64,000 nt of DNA from Vicinamibacteria bacterium. Lineage in GTDB: Bacteria; Acidobacteriota; Vicinamibacteria; Marinacidobacterales; Marinacidobacteraceae. Of this stretch, positions 48,108 through 57,481 are shown piece by piece; the first letter of the stretch is position 1, and every line of letters begins with the position of its first letter. Below the pieces are notes generated by a model that saw nothing but the letters and a program-made list of their open reading frames with translations, was not told where the DNA came from and ran no database searches. The stretch is taken from NCBI GenBank assembly GCA_963555995.3, contig OY821641.1, forward strand, positions 576,001 to 640,000, in the 5' to 3' direction. The position numbers were made by a program, and so were the translations under genes.

Positions 48108-49403
48108 CTACGCCGCGTCCACCGCGAGGACGGCGCGCCGCAGCAGGTCCACGCCCCGGGCGCAGTCCTCCCAGGAGGTCCATTCCTCGGGCGAGTGGCT
48201 GATCCCGGCCCGGCTGGGGACGAAGATCATCGCCGTGGGGATGCCGTGGCGGGCGGTGTTCTGGGCGTCGTGGCCGGCGCGGCTCGGGAGCGACAGCGGC
48301 TCGTGCCCCGCCTCCCGCGCGACCCGGTAGAGGAGCGCCCGGAGGCCGGGATCCATGTCGGCGGGCGGCTCGCGGAGCGTCCGGTGGATCCCGACGGTGC
48401 AGTCCGTTGCCGCCGCCAGCCGGTCTCCCCGCGCGCCGATCCGCTCGATGATGTCGTCCACGACTTCGTCTTTCAGGTCCCGCAGCTCGATCGGGAACCG
48501 GACGGCGCCCGGTACCACGTTGGCGGCGTCGGGCGAGACGGCGAGCTGGCCCACGTTGCCGACCTGGTCTCCCGGCAGCGCCCGGATTTCCTGATGGACC
48601 GCCACGATCAGGTGCGCTGCCGTCAGCATGGCGTCCTTGCGCTCCGCCATCGGGGTGGTTCCGGCGTGGTTCTGGAACCCGCCGACGTTCACCTCGAACC
48701 GGTGGATCCCGACGATGCCCTCCACCACCGCGATCCGGCAGCCCTCCCGCTCGAGGTTTCCGCCCTGCTCGATGTGGAGTTCGAAGACGGCCCGCACCTT
48801 CCGCGGGTCGAGGACGGCGCGCTCCAGCGCCCTCGGATCGAGCCCGTAACGCTCGATCCACTCGTGGAGGCTGAGCCCGTCTTCCCCCACCCGGTCCAGT
48901 TCGCCATCGTGGACCGCCCCCGTCGCCGCCCGGCTCCCGAAGAGGCCGTTCCCGAAGTGCGCGCCCTCCTCGTCGCACCAGACGACCATCTCCAGCGGGT
49001 GGCGTGTCTCGATCCGCTGCTCGCCGAGCGCCCGCAGCACTTCGAGCGCTCCGAGCACGCCGAGGGTCCCGTCGTAGTGGCCGCCCTGCGGGACGGTGTC
49101 GAGGTGGGACCCGAAGAGGATGGCCGGCAGCGGCTCCTTTCCCTCGCGCCGGCCGAAGAGGTTGCCGGCGGGGTCGGTGCGCACCCTGAGGCCGGCGCCT
49201 TCCATCTCGCCGGTGATCCAGGCCCGGGCCGCGAGTTCCTCCTTCGAAAATGCGAACCGGTGGGCGCCGCCGCCGGGATGCGCCCCGAAGCGGGAGAGCG
49301 CGACGAGCGAGTCGCGGAGGCGTCCCGCATTGATGGCCAGGGGCGCTTGGCCGGGGTTCTCCGGGTTGGGAAACTTCTTGTCGCCGTTTAGTGTTATATC
49401 CAT
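48108..49403 (-). CDS. M20 Zn-dependent amidohydrolase (N-carbamoyl-amino acid / allantoate amidohydrolase family); start uncertain
   Basis: GSHLDT, GHYDG, DEEG, ELHIEQG, HAGTTPM, AGHDA, GISHSPEE. Confidence 0.92.
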   Translation of the reverse strand: MDITLNGDKKFPNPENPGQAPLAINAGRLRDSLVALSRFGAHPGGGAHRFAFSKEELAARAWITGEMEGAGLRVRTDPAGNLFGRREGKEPLPAILFGSHLDTVPQGGHYDGTLGVLGALEVLRALGEQRIETRHPLEMVVWCDEEGAHFGNGLFGSRAATGAVHDGELDRVGEDGLSLHEWIERYGLDPRALERAVLDPRKVRAVFELHIEQGGNLEREGCRIAVVEGIVGIHRFEVNVGGFQNHAGTTPMAERKDAMLTAAHLIVAVHQEIRALPGDQVGNVGQLAVSPDAANVVPGAVRFPIELRDLKDEVVDDIIERIGARGDRLAAATDCTVGIHRTLREPPADMDPGLRALLYRVAREAGHEPLSLPSRAGHDAQNTARHGIPTAMIFVPSRAGISHSPEEWTSWEDCARGVDLLRRAVLAVDAA

Positions 49404-49441
49404 ACGGCGTCCATTCTCTCGCGGAGCCCCATCAAACCTCC

Positions 49442-50131
49442 ATGTTCTTCTTCGATCCCCTCTACTTCATCATGCTGGCCCCGGCCATCGCCCTCACCCT
49501 GTGGGCGACGTTCAAGGTCAAGCGCACCTTCGCCCGCTACAACCGGGTGCCGGTCTCGAGCGGGCGCAGCGGCCGGGAAACCGCCGAGTTGCTGCTTCGC
49601 CGGCAGGGAATCCAAATTCCCGTCGAGCAGCATCCCGGGGCACTCTCCGACCACTACGACCCCCGCGTCCGGGTGCTCCGCCTCTCGCCCGAGGTGTACA
49701 GCGGGCGGACCGTCGGGGCGGTGGCGGTGGCCGCCCACGAGGTGGGGCACGCCCTGCAGCACCACAGCGGCTACCAGCCGCTGATGTTCCGCCAGGTGCT
49801 CGCCCGGCCCGCGAGCTTCGCTTCCAGCGTCTCCTGGATCCTGCTGCTCGGCGGCTTCCTGCTGGGCGCCTTCGGGCTCGTCCAGCTCGGGATCGCGCTC
49901 TTCTCGCTGGTGGTGCTCTTCCAGGTGGTGACGCTCCCGGTGGAGCTGAACGCCTCGCGGCGGGCCAAGGCGCTCGTCTGGGACACCGGCCTGATCACCC
50001 CCGACGAGCGCCGCGGGGTGTCCCGGGTCCTGAGCGCCGCCGCGATGACCTACGTGGCCGCCGCGCTCACCGGCGTCGTGACCCTGCTCTACTACCTGCT
50101 GCGTTCGGGCCTGCTCGGCGGCGACGAGTAA
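49442..50131 (+). CDS. Membrane zinc metallopeptidase (YugP-like)
   Basis: LSDHYDP, AAHEVGHALQH, TLPVELNASRRA, AAAMTYVA. Confidence 0.9.
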   Translation: MFFFDPLYFIMLAPAIALTLWATFKVKRTFARYNRVPVSSGRSGRETAELLLRRQGIQIPVEQHPGALSDHYDPRVRVLRLSPEVYSGRTVGAVAVAAHEVGHALQHHSGYQPLMFRQVLARPASFASSVSWILLLGGFLLGAFGLVQLGIALFSLVVLFQVVTLPVELNASRRAKALVWDTGLITPDERRGVSRVLSAAAMTYVAAALTGVVTLLYYLLRSGLLGGDE

Positions 50132-50147
50132 CCGCTCACCGGACAGC

Positions 50148-50179
50148 AAAAGGGGGCGGCCGCGCGGGCGGCCGCCCCC
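50148..50179 (-). terminator. Intrinsic terminator between convergent genes
   Basis: 12-bp stem GGGGGCGGCCGC/GCGGCCGCCCCC with a 4-nt loop; TTTT follows on the minus strand. Confidence 0.8.
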
Positions 50180-50194
50180 ACGTGGTCTCTTGAC

Positions 50195-51862
50195 CTAGTT
50201 CTGTTCCGTGGTGGTCTCGCCGACCATGGCTTCGGCGTCCGCGAGCCCCGGGAGGTCCGGTCCCCGCTCCGGGGTCGCCAGGAGCTGCTCGTAGAAGCCG
50301 GCCGCCGCTTCCTCGTCACCGGTCGCGGCCGCGGCGCGCGCCGCGCCGTGCAGCGAATAGGGCCGCTTGGCGGTCCGCTCGAGCGAGACCTCGAAGACCT
50401 GGAGGGCTTCCTCTGCGGAGCCGGTATCGAGGAGCATCTCGCCGAGCAGTTCGTGCGCGGGCTGGATGGGCGCGTCAATGGGAGATTCCCCCGGAGGCCC
50501 GGAGGGCGGTTCCATGCTCTCCGCCACCATCACCGCCTTCCGGAAGGCGGCGATCGCTCCGTCCGTGTCGCCCTTCGCCCTGGCGATGAGACCCTCCATC
50601 TCGTTGGCCATCACGAGCGCCTGTTCCGCGCCCCGCGGGTTCTCGTCGCTCGCGAGCATCTCGTGGATCTTCTTGAGTCCCTCGTGAGCCTTCGTCGCCG
50701 TTTCGATGTCTCCGGTCCCGGCGGCGCTCGCCCCGCGTGCGTAGAGCATCGCTCCCGCGGTGCGGTGGCCGACCGTGGGTTCCTCGCTGTCGAGCTGCGC
50801 CACCAGGTCGTCCACCGGCTGGGGCTTCCACCGGCGGGTCTCGACCGTGTTCAGCGCGTCCATGCGCATCCAGGTCTCCTTCATGCCCGAGGTCATTTCG
50901 TCGCGCTGGGTGAGTTCCTCGAACTCGTCGAGGAGCTTCTGGCCTTCCTCGTAGCGGCCCTCCTGCAGGTAGGCGTAAAGCAGCCAATAGAGGGCGTGGT
51001 ACGAGTAGCGCGCCGGCGAGAGGCCCTTCCGCTCGGCGCGGTCCACCGAGGCCTGGTAGGAGCGGTCGTTGAGGCTGCGCACGTGGTCCCACATCCCGTG
51101 CTGCAGGAAGATGTGCGACGGCATGTGGAGCGCGTGGACGGCGGCCGGGGCGATGTCCGCGTACTTCTCGGCGGCGTAGAGCGCCACCGGGGCCTGCACC
51201 GGGTTGTCGAAGGCGTGGATCACGTAGTGCGCCGCGCCCGGATGGTCGGGGTTCTCGCGGAACACCCGCTGGGCGATGGCGCCCGCGCGCATGTCCACCC
51301 GCAGGCTCTCCGCGCCCCGCACCTTGGTGCGCATCAGGGCCAGGGAGTGGAACGCGGCGGCTTCGAGGTCGTCGGGATATGCGGCCGAGAGCTTGGCCAG
51401 CGCCTGCTCGTACCCCTCGCTCCGTTCAAGGACGTCGCCGGGTCCGTAGAGGATGTGGACCGATTCGAGGTATTGCTTCTCGCGGTCGGTGGGCGCCTTC
51501 GCGACGCGCTCCGCGCGCGTCTTGGCGAGCTTCAGCAGCGCCTCCCGGGCCTTCGACATGTCCTGCCCCGGCGGATAGTGGTGACCGCCGGAATGGCTGA
51601 GCGCTTCGCCCCAGTAGGCGAGGGCGAAGTCCGGGTCGGCCGCCTGGGCGCGCTGGAAGGCCTCGGCGGCGTCCTCCCACTCGAAGCTGTGGAGGAGGCG
51701 GACGCCGTCGAGGAAGTCCTGCTGGGCCGCCTCGTTGCCGGAGTTCGGGAAGTGGATGGTGCCGAGGCCGCTCGACTGGGCGAGCGCGAGGGGGGCTGCG
51801 AGAGCGAGGAAGGCCGCGCCCAGCGCAGCCCGCCTACAGATACAACGCGTACGGGAAGTCAT
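50195..51862 (-). CDS. Exported TPR-rich protein
   Basis: AGGAG RBS and ATG 51862, signal peptide, FLDGVRLLHSF, PDHPGAAHYVIHAFD, HALHMPSHIF. Confidence 0.82.
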   Translation of the reverse strand: MTSRTRCICRRAALGAAFLALAAPLALAQSSGLGTIHFPNSGNEAAQQDFLDGVRLLHSFEWEDAAEAFQRAQAADPDFALAYWGEALSHSGGHHYPPGQDMSKAREALLKLAKTRAERVAKAPTDREKQYLESVHILYGPGDVLERSEGYEQALAKLSAAYPDDLEAAAFHSLALMRTKVRGAESLRVDMRAGAIAQRVFRENPDHPGAAHYVIHAFDNPVQAPVALYAAEKYADIAPAAVHALHMPSHIFLQHGMWDHVRSLNDRSYQASVDRAERKGLSPARYSYHALYWLLYAYLQEGRYEEGQKLLDEFEELTQRDEMTSGMKETWMRMDALNTVETRRWKPQPVDDLVAQLDSEEPTVGHRTAGAMLYARGASAAGTGDIETATKAHEGLKKIHEMLASDENPRGAEQALVMANEMEGLIARAKGDTDGAIAAFRKAVMVAESMEPPSGPPGESPIDAPIQPAHELLGEMLLDTGSAEEALQVFEVSLERTAKRPYSLHGAARAAAATGDEEAAAGFYEQLLATPERGPDLPGLADAEAMVGETTTEQN

Positions 51863-51969
51863 GAAGGTTTCTCCTTGAAGAATCGAGCGGAACACACCCT
51901 TGTACCAGACCCTCCGCGCGGTCGGCAAGCGAGTGGGGGAGCCGCGCTGACGAACCACGGGCAGCAGGG

Positions 51970-52905
51970 TCAGCCGGAGGGAACGAACCGCACGGTCCGC
52001 ACCGGGAAGAACAGCCGGCCCTCCCGCCCCGCGGCCTGCGGAAAGCGCCAGCCGAAGACGATGCCGAGGACCCGGGGGGTGACTTCCGGCAGCGTGGTCT
52101 CGAGGATCTCGGTGTGGGCGACCAGGCCCTCGTCGTCGAGGTGCACGCGGAGCCGCAGGGCGCCCTCCGCGTTCCCGACGAGCGGCGAGCGGAGTTCCCG
52201 GAACTGCGGTTCCTCGGGCGGCTGGAGGCGCACGGGGGGTGGGGCGGGCTTCTCGCGGCGGAACGTGATCCCGAACGCCAGGTAGATGTTCTGGTCCCGG
52301 ATGCTCTCGTAGAGCTCTTCCCGGGCGGGGAGGTCGCCGGGTTCGCGGAACCAGGAGAGATAGCGGCTGAGCGGAATCTCGAACTCGCGGCCGCTCACCA
52401 TCCGGGTCATTCCGGGTTCGATGGGGGCCTGCACCAGGATGCCCTGGGCGGCGGTCCCGCCCCGGAGGAGGTCGAAGTCCACCCGGAAGCGGGGTTCCGG
52501 CGGCGCCGTTTCCGGGGTGTCCGGCGGCGCTCCGGCTGACCGGGCTTCGTCGGCCGCCGGCCGGAAGCGCACCCGGACGGCCCGCCGGCCGTCCCGCCGC
52601 CGCACCTGCCAGCTCGCCTCCGACCCGGCGGGCGCCGGCCCGAGCGTCAGGAGCTGCGCGAAATAGGCGTCGGGGATCCGGCGGGCGAGGGTCGCGAGCC
52701 ACTCGGAGACCTGGACCGAGGTTCCGTCGGTGTTCACGAGGAACGACAGATCCTCGATCGGGGAGAAGTCCGAGTTCAGCCGCCGGACCTCGAAGACGCG
52801 CACCTCGACGATCAGCGGTGCGTCTTCGCCGTCGGCCGCTACCGCCGGAACGCCCGCGCCGAGCAGACCGGCGACGAGGAACAGCCTGCCCGCGCTCCGC
52901 CTCAT
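51970..52905 (-). CDS. Exported protein with C-terminal TonB-like domain
   Basis: Signal peptide from ATG 52905; C-terminal EGALRLRVHLDDEG...WRF. Confidence 0.6.
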   Translation of the reverse strand: MRRSAGRLFLVAGLLGAGVPAVAADGEDAPLIVEVRVFEVRRLNSDFSPIEDLSFLVNTDGTSVQVSEWLATLARRIPDAYFAQLLTLGPAPAGSEASWQVRRRDGRRAVRVRFRPAADEARSAGAPPDTPETAPPEPRFRVDFDLLRGGTAAQGILVQAPIEPGMTRMVSGREFEIPLSRYLSWFREPGDLPAREELYESIRDQNIYLAFGITFRREKPAPPPVRLQPPEEPQFRELRSPLVGNAEGALRLRVHLDDEGLVAHTEILETTLPEVTPRVLGIVFGWRFPQAAGREGRLFFPVRTVRFVPSG

Positions 52906-52943
52906 GCGCCGGAGTCTACGGGTTCTCGGAGACCCGGCCGGGC

Positions 52944-53130
52944 TTAACAGCCTGTGGTGAAACCCACGTGAGCGCCGAGAGCGGCGAGGCGCCCGGCTGA
53001 CAAGGCGCGTGAGGGAGGAATACCGGGTGTATTCCGACCGAAACGCAACGCAGAGCGCCTCGTAGAGGCGCGGTTCAGGCGGGATGCATCGCCGCTCGAA
53101 CGCCGCGTGGGTTTCACCACAGGCTGTTAA
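52944..53130. mobile_element. MITE (non-autonomous element), 187 bp including TTAA flanks
   Basis: Perfect IR CAGCCTGTGGTGAAACCCACG (21 bp) flanked by TTAA on both sides; no internal gene. Confidence 0.85.
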
Positions 53131-53149
53131 CGCTTGGTACGCTTCCGGG

Positions 53150-54487
53150 ATGGTCGCGAGTCCAGTTCCTGCCGCAGTCAACCGGAACCCGAGCCCCGCC
53201 GAGGTCCACGACATCCTCCGCCGGCGCCTCATCACCGACGGGCTCGATCTCGTCCTCGATCTCGAGGAGAGTCACGGCGCGTGGATGCGCTGCGCCCGCA
53301 CCGGGCGCGACTTCCTCGACTGCTTTTCCTACTTCGCGACGAACCCCATCGGCCACAACCACCCCGGGGTCACCGAACCCGCGTTCGTCGAGCGGCTCGG
53401 TCGGGTGGCGGTCCACAACCCGTCGAACTCCGACTTCTACACCGTGGAGATGGCGCGGTTCGTGGAGACCTTCTCCCGGCTCGCCATCCCTGACGGCTTT
53501 CGGCACGCCTTCTTTGTGGCCGGGGGCGCGGTGGCGGTCGAGAACGCGCTCAAGACCGCCTTCGACTGGAAGGTCCGGAAGAACCTCGCCGCCGGGAAGG
53601 GCGAACGGGGGAGCCAGGTCATCCACTTCCGCGACGCGTTCCACGGGCGCACCGCCTACGCCCTCTCGATCACCAACACCGAGCCGATGAAGGTGGCCTA
53701 CTTCCCCAGGTTCGACTGGCCGCGGGTCGAGAACCCCTATATCCGCTATCCGGAAGCGGAGCGCCTCGCCGAGACGGAAGCCGCCGAGGCGCGCGCGGCC
53801 GCCGCGATCGAGGCGGCGCTTGCGGCGAACCCCGACGACATCGCGGCGCTCATCATCGAGCCCATCCAGGGAGAGGGCGGCGACTTCCACTTCCGCGGCG
53901 AGTTCCTGCGCGCACTGCGCCGGCTCGCCGACGAGCACGAGTTCCTGCTCATCTTCGACGAGGTGCAGACCGGCGTGGGCATGACCGGCCGGATGTGGTG
54001 CCACCAGCACTTCGGGGTCGAACCCGACGTGCTCGTCTTCGGGAAGAAGACCCAGGTCTGCGGCATCCTCGCGAGCCGCCGGGTGGACGAGGTGGACGAC
54101 AACGTCTTCCGGCTTTCCTCCCGGATCAACTCCACCTTCGGGGGCAACCTGGTGGACATGGTCCGTTTCGGCCGCTACCTGGAGATCATCGAGGAGGAGG
54201 ACCTGATCGGGAACGCGGCCCGGGTCGGGCGCGTGATCCTGGACGGCCTCCACCGTCTGGCCCGGGAGGCCGGCGGCCGGATGACCAGCGTCCGGGGCCG
54301 GGGGCTCATGTGCGCGTTCGACCTCCCGGACACCTCGGAGCGGGACGCCTTCCTGGCCCGCGCCTACGAGAACCGCCTCCTGATCCTGGGCTGCGGCCCG
54401 CGCTCGGTGCGCGTGCGGCCCAACCTCTCGCTCACCGAGGACGAGGCGCGGACCGTTCTCTCGCTGATCGCCCGTTCGCTCGGCTGA
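53150..54487 (+). CDS. lat: L-lysine 6-transaminase
   Basis: NPSNSD, GAVAVENALKTAFDWK, AFHGR, EPIQGEGG, FDEVQTG, FGKKTQVCG, RINSTFGG. Confidence 0.9.
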   Translation: MVASPVPAAVNRNPSPAEVHDILRRRLITDGLDLVLDLEESHGAWMRCARTGRDFLDCFSYFATNPIGHNHPGVTEPAFVERLGRVAVHNPSNSDFYTVEMARFVETFSRLAIPDGFRHAFFVAGGAVAVENALKTAFDWKVRKNLAAGKGERGSQVIHFRDAFHGRTAYALSITNTEPMKVAYFPRFDWPRVENPYIRYPEAERLAETEAAEARAAAAIEAALAANPDDIAALIIEPIQGEGGDFHFRGEFLRALRRLADEHEFLLIFDEVQTGVGMTGRMWCHQHFGVEPDVLVFGKKTQVCGILASRRVDEVDDNVFRLSSRINSTFGGNLVDMVRFGRYLEIIEEEDLIGNAARVGRVILDGLHRLAREAGGRMTSVRGRGLMCAFDLPDTSERDAFLARAYENRLLILGCGPRSVRVRPNLSLTEDEARTVLSLIARSLG

Positions 54488-54490
54488 GCA

Positions 54491-54668
54491 CCCACCCGCC
54501 GCCGGTGACGCGCCCGGCCTGGACCGCCGGTCTCCGGACCGGCACCCGCGGCGCTCCGCACCGCGCACGTCCCAACCCCCACCCGCCACCAGCGACGCGT
54601 CCGGCCTGGACCGCCGGTCTCCAGACCGGCACCCGCGGTGCTCCGCACCGCGCACGTCCCAACCCCCC
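54491..54668 (+). repeat. Tandem REP-like array, 2 units of 87 bp
   Basis: Cores at 54514 and 54601; lies between convergent genes. Confidence 0.88.
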
Positions 54669-54730
54669 CTCCACCTCACGACGCAACGGTCTGAAACGCC
54701 GACCCCGGCTCGTAAATCGCTACGCCCCGC

Positions 54731-55438
54731 TCAGCTCACCCCCAGCGCCGCCCCGCTCACCTCCACGAGCACCCACAGGATGCCCGCCGTCCCCAGCGGC
54801 ACGAACAGGTTGTCGCTCCCGAAGGGACAGACCGCCTCGATCCCCGCCGCCGCCGTCCCGGTCACCAGGCCGAACGCGACCGCGGGATGCCAGGAGTAGC
54901 CCGCCATCGCGTGGAGCACCACGGCGACGACGACCCCGGAGACCAGGAACATCGCCATGCTCCCCTCCATCGTCCGCGAGTGGCCGAGGATGGTGTAGCG
55001 GCGGGTCCCGTAGCGTTTCCCGAAGACCGCGGCGGCGGCGTCGCCGAGCGCCATCGCCAGCAGTCCGGCCACCGCCAGAAACGCCTGGTTCCCGGGTTCC
55101 CCCGGCCGGAAGAAGACGGCGAGGAGCACCGCGAACGAGAAGGGGAAGAAGACGGTGCCCAGGTTCGCGGGATCGCTGTCGAGCGGGGACAGCCGGAACC
55201 GGTGGATCACGAAGTTCAGCACCAGGAACGTGAGCGGCGGCGCGACCGCCACCCGCCAGTCGGCGAACAGGAACACCGTGGGGACCACCCACAGCCCGAC
55301 ACCCACATGGACGACCTTGCGCGCCGCGTCCGGAGAGACCCTGCCGGCGCGGCGGAGGAGTTCGGTGACCACCAGCAGCGCCCCGACCGAGCCGTAGCTG
55401 GCCAGGAGCGCCGCCGGGTGGGAAAGGGGAGGGGTCAT
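54731..55438 (-). CDS. Phytol/dolichol kinase-like membrane protein (CTP-dependent)
   Basis: RKVVH, GDAAAAVFGKRYG, RTMEGS, DNLFVP. Confidence 0.85.
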   Translation of the reverse strand: MTPPLSHPAALLASYGSVGALLVVTELLRRAGRVSPDAARKVVHVGVGLWVVPTVFLFADWRVAVAPPLTFLVLNFVIHRFRLSPLDSDPANLGTVFFPFSFAVLLAVFFRPGEPGNQAFLAVAGLLAMALGDAAAAVFGKRYGTRRYTILGHSRTMEGSMAMFLVSGVVVAVVLHAMAGYSWHPAVAFGLVTGTAAAGIEAVCPFGSDNLFVPLGTAGILWVLVEVSGAALGVS

Positions 55439-56127
55439 GCGCCCGGAGCGGCCGCCGGCGCGTGCCGCGCCCGTTCGTAGCTCCCCCAGTCGTCGAGGTC
55501 GAGGAGCTCCCGCTCGCCGGCCCGGACGACCACCACGTCCGCGCGGTGCCGCGCGAGGACGCGGCCGGCGCCCCGGTCCCGGCCCTCCCCTTCCGCCGCG
55601 CGGGTTCCCGACAGTTCCAGCACCTCCGGGAAGAGTCGCCGCCGGAGCACTACCGGCAGACCCCAGGTCCCCGTCCGTTCCATCGCCAGGGTCGCCGGAA
55701 CGGCGGCGGCGGGGGGCTGCCGGGGTCCGGCGGCGGCGGCGGCGAGCCTCCGGATCAGGCCGGCGGAGAGGAAGGGCTGGTCCACGGGGGCGACCACCGC
55801 CCAGAAGATGTGCCGCTCGGCCGCCAGAGCCCGGATCCCGACCTGGAGGGAGGAGAGCATGCCCCGCTGCCAGGCGGGGTTGGGGACGGCGCGGATCGCC
55901 AGTCCCCGGAGTTCGGGAGCGATCTCGCGGTGGGCGTGGCCGAGCACGACGAACACCGGGGCAAGGCCGGCGGCAATCAGGGTCTCCGCCGCGGCGCGGA
56001 CCAGGGTCCGGCCCGAGCCGTCCGGATGGGGCAGGAGGGCCTTGACGCGGCGCATCCGCTTCGACTCGCCGGCGGCGAGCAGGAGGCCGGCGGCGGGGAC
56101 TCCGGCTGTCGAATCGGTTCCGGGAAT
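55435..56127 (-). CDS. MobA/MocA-like nucleotidyltransferase; probable ATT start
   Basis: LLLAAGESKRM motif begins upstream of the first ATG (56055); NPAWQRGMLSSLQVG, PVDQP, DLDD; GGAG lies 9 nt before ATT 56127. Confidence 0.82.
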   Translation of the reverse strand: MPGTDSTAGVPAAGLLLAAGESKRMRRVKALLPHPDGSGRTLVRAAAETLIAAGLAPVFVVLGHAHREIAPELRGLAIRAVPNPAWQRGMLSSLQVGIRALAAERHIFWAVVAPVDQPFLSAGLIRRLAAAAAGPRQPPAAAVPATLAMERTGTWGLPVVLRRRLFPEVLELSGTRAAEGEGRDRGAGRVLARHRADVVVVRAGERELLDLDDWGSYERARHAPAAAPGA

Positions 56128-56201
56128 GGCGGGATTCTCCGAGTGGGGGCGGCGGCGAGTGTATTCCGGCGCGGGATGGCTTGGCGCTAGGCTAGGGAGC
56201 C

Positions 56202-57323
56202 GTGAAGCGCCTGACCTTCTGCCTGCCGTTCTTCGCGCTGTACCTCTCCTGCGGCGGCGGTGTCTCTCCCAGCACCCCTCCTCCGGCGCCGCCGCGGCCG
56301 CCGCGGGCGCTGACGGGTCTCGAGCCGTTCGCTCCCCGCACCGACATCCGCGTCGGTCAGAAGATCGGACCGCTGGTCGTCTACGGCGCCTACGACGACG
56401 GCACCACCGGCACGGTGAACGCCGAGTGGACCTCGTCGGATCCCGGCGTGGTCGCGATCGACGAGGACGGCTTCGTCGAAGCGATCGCCGCCGGGACGGC
56501 GGTGCTGACCGCCACCTTCGAGGGCTTCGAAACGGAACTGGAGTTCGTGGTGGAGGATCCGATTCCCCGGAGCACCCGGGACCGGCCGGACGACATCAGC
56601 GGGCCGCAGATCCATTTCATCTACGCGGTCCCGAGCGACATCGAAGATCGGAACCGCGACCGGTTCGGGGAAATGGAGCGCTCGGTCCTGGGTATTCAAA
56701 ACTGGCTGCCGCAGGAAACCGGACAGCGCCTGCGCGTGGACACCTACCAGGGGCGCCCCGACGTTTCCTTCCTGCAGCTTCCGTTCACCCACCAGGAGGG
56801 TGACGGGTTCGGCGTATACATGGTGAGGGAACTGGAGCGCGAAGCTTCGCGGCTCGGACTCTCGGGAGACAAGATCCCGGTGTTCTACTACGAGGGCCGG
56901 GTAACGGGGCTCTGCGGTACGGCCATTTCCGGACTCGGTGGGGCCGTTTACCTGGCTTGCAGCGACGCGGAGCTCGGCCGTGATGAGGACTCCGTCTCCA
57001 CCTTCGAGGTGGTGATGGTCCACGAGCTGTTCCACGTCTTCGGCGCGGTGGCGAGCTGCGCGCCGAACTATATCGAGGGCTCTCACGTGAACGACGTGGA
57101 GAACGATCTGATGTATGCGGGGGTCGAAAGGAGCCCGCGTGGGGGTGAGACCTTCGTTGATGTGGGCCGCGACGACTACTACGGCCACGGGCGCCCGGAC
57201 TGCAACGACGTCAGCCGGAGCCGGTTCCTGGAGCCGGCGCCCGGGGTCGCGGCCGGCACGCGCACGGTGGACGTGCGGCTCCCCGCCGGGGACTGGCCGC
57301 TCCGCTGCGCCCTCGAGCACTGA
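56202..57323 (+). CDS. Lipoprotein with Ig-like (Big_2) domain and HExxH metalloprotease-like domain
   Basis: LYLSC lipobox, WTSSDPGVVAIDEDG, HELFHVFG, H...DLM. Confidence 0.75.
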   Translation: MKRLTFCLPFFALYLSCGGGVSPSTPPPAPPRPPRALTGLEPFAPRTDIRVGQKIGPLVVYGAYDDGTTGTVNAEWTSSDPGVVAIDEDGFVEAIAAGTAVLTATFEGFETELEFVVEDPIPRSTRDRPDDISGPQIHFIYAVPSDIEDRNRDRFGEMERSVLGIQNWLPQETGQRLRVDTYQGRPDVSFLQLPFTHQEGDGFGVYMVRELEREASRLGLSGDKIPVFYYEGRVTGLCGTAISGLGGAVYLACSDAELGRDEDSVSTFEVVMVHELFHVFGAVASCAPNYIEGSHVNDVENDLMYAGVERSPRGGETFVDVGRDDYYGHGRPDCNDVSRSRFLEPAPGVAAGTRTVDVRLPAGDWPLRCALEH

Positions 57324-57330
57324 GGGGGCT

Positions 57331-57480
57331 GGGAGCGCCGGTCTTCAGACCGGCACCGCCCGCGGAACGCGGGCGAAGTCGCGGTATGGCCGTCCCTCAA
57401 TCGGGTAGGTAACGAGCGGAGAAGCAATCAGGATTTCGCGGGCCTGCGGCCCGCGTGCCGGTCTGAAGACCGGCGCTCCC
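57331..57480. repeat. Inverted REP doublet
   Basis: GGGAGCGCCGGTCTTCAGACCGGCAC at 57331 and its exact reverse complement at 57455-57480. Confidence 0.9.
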
Positions 57481-57481
57481 C

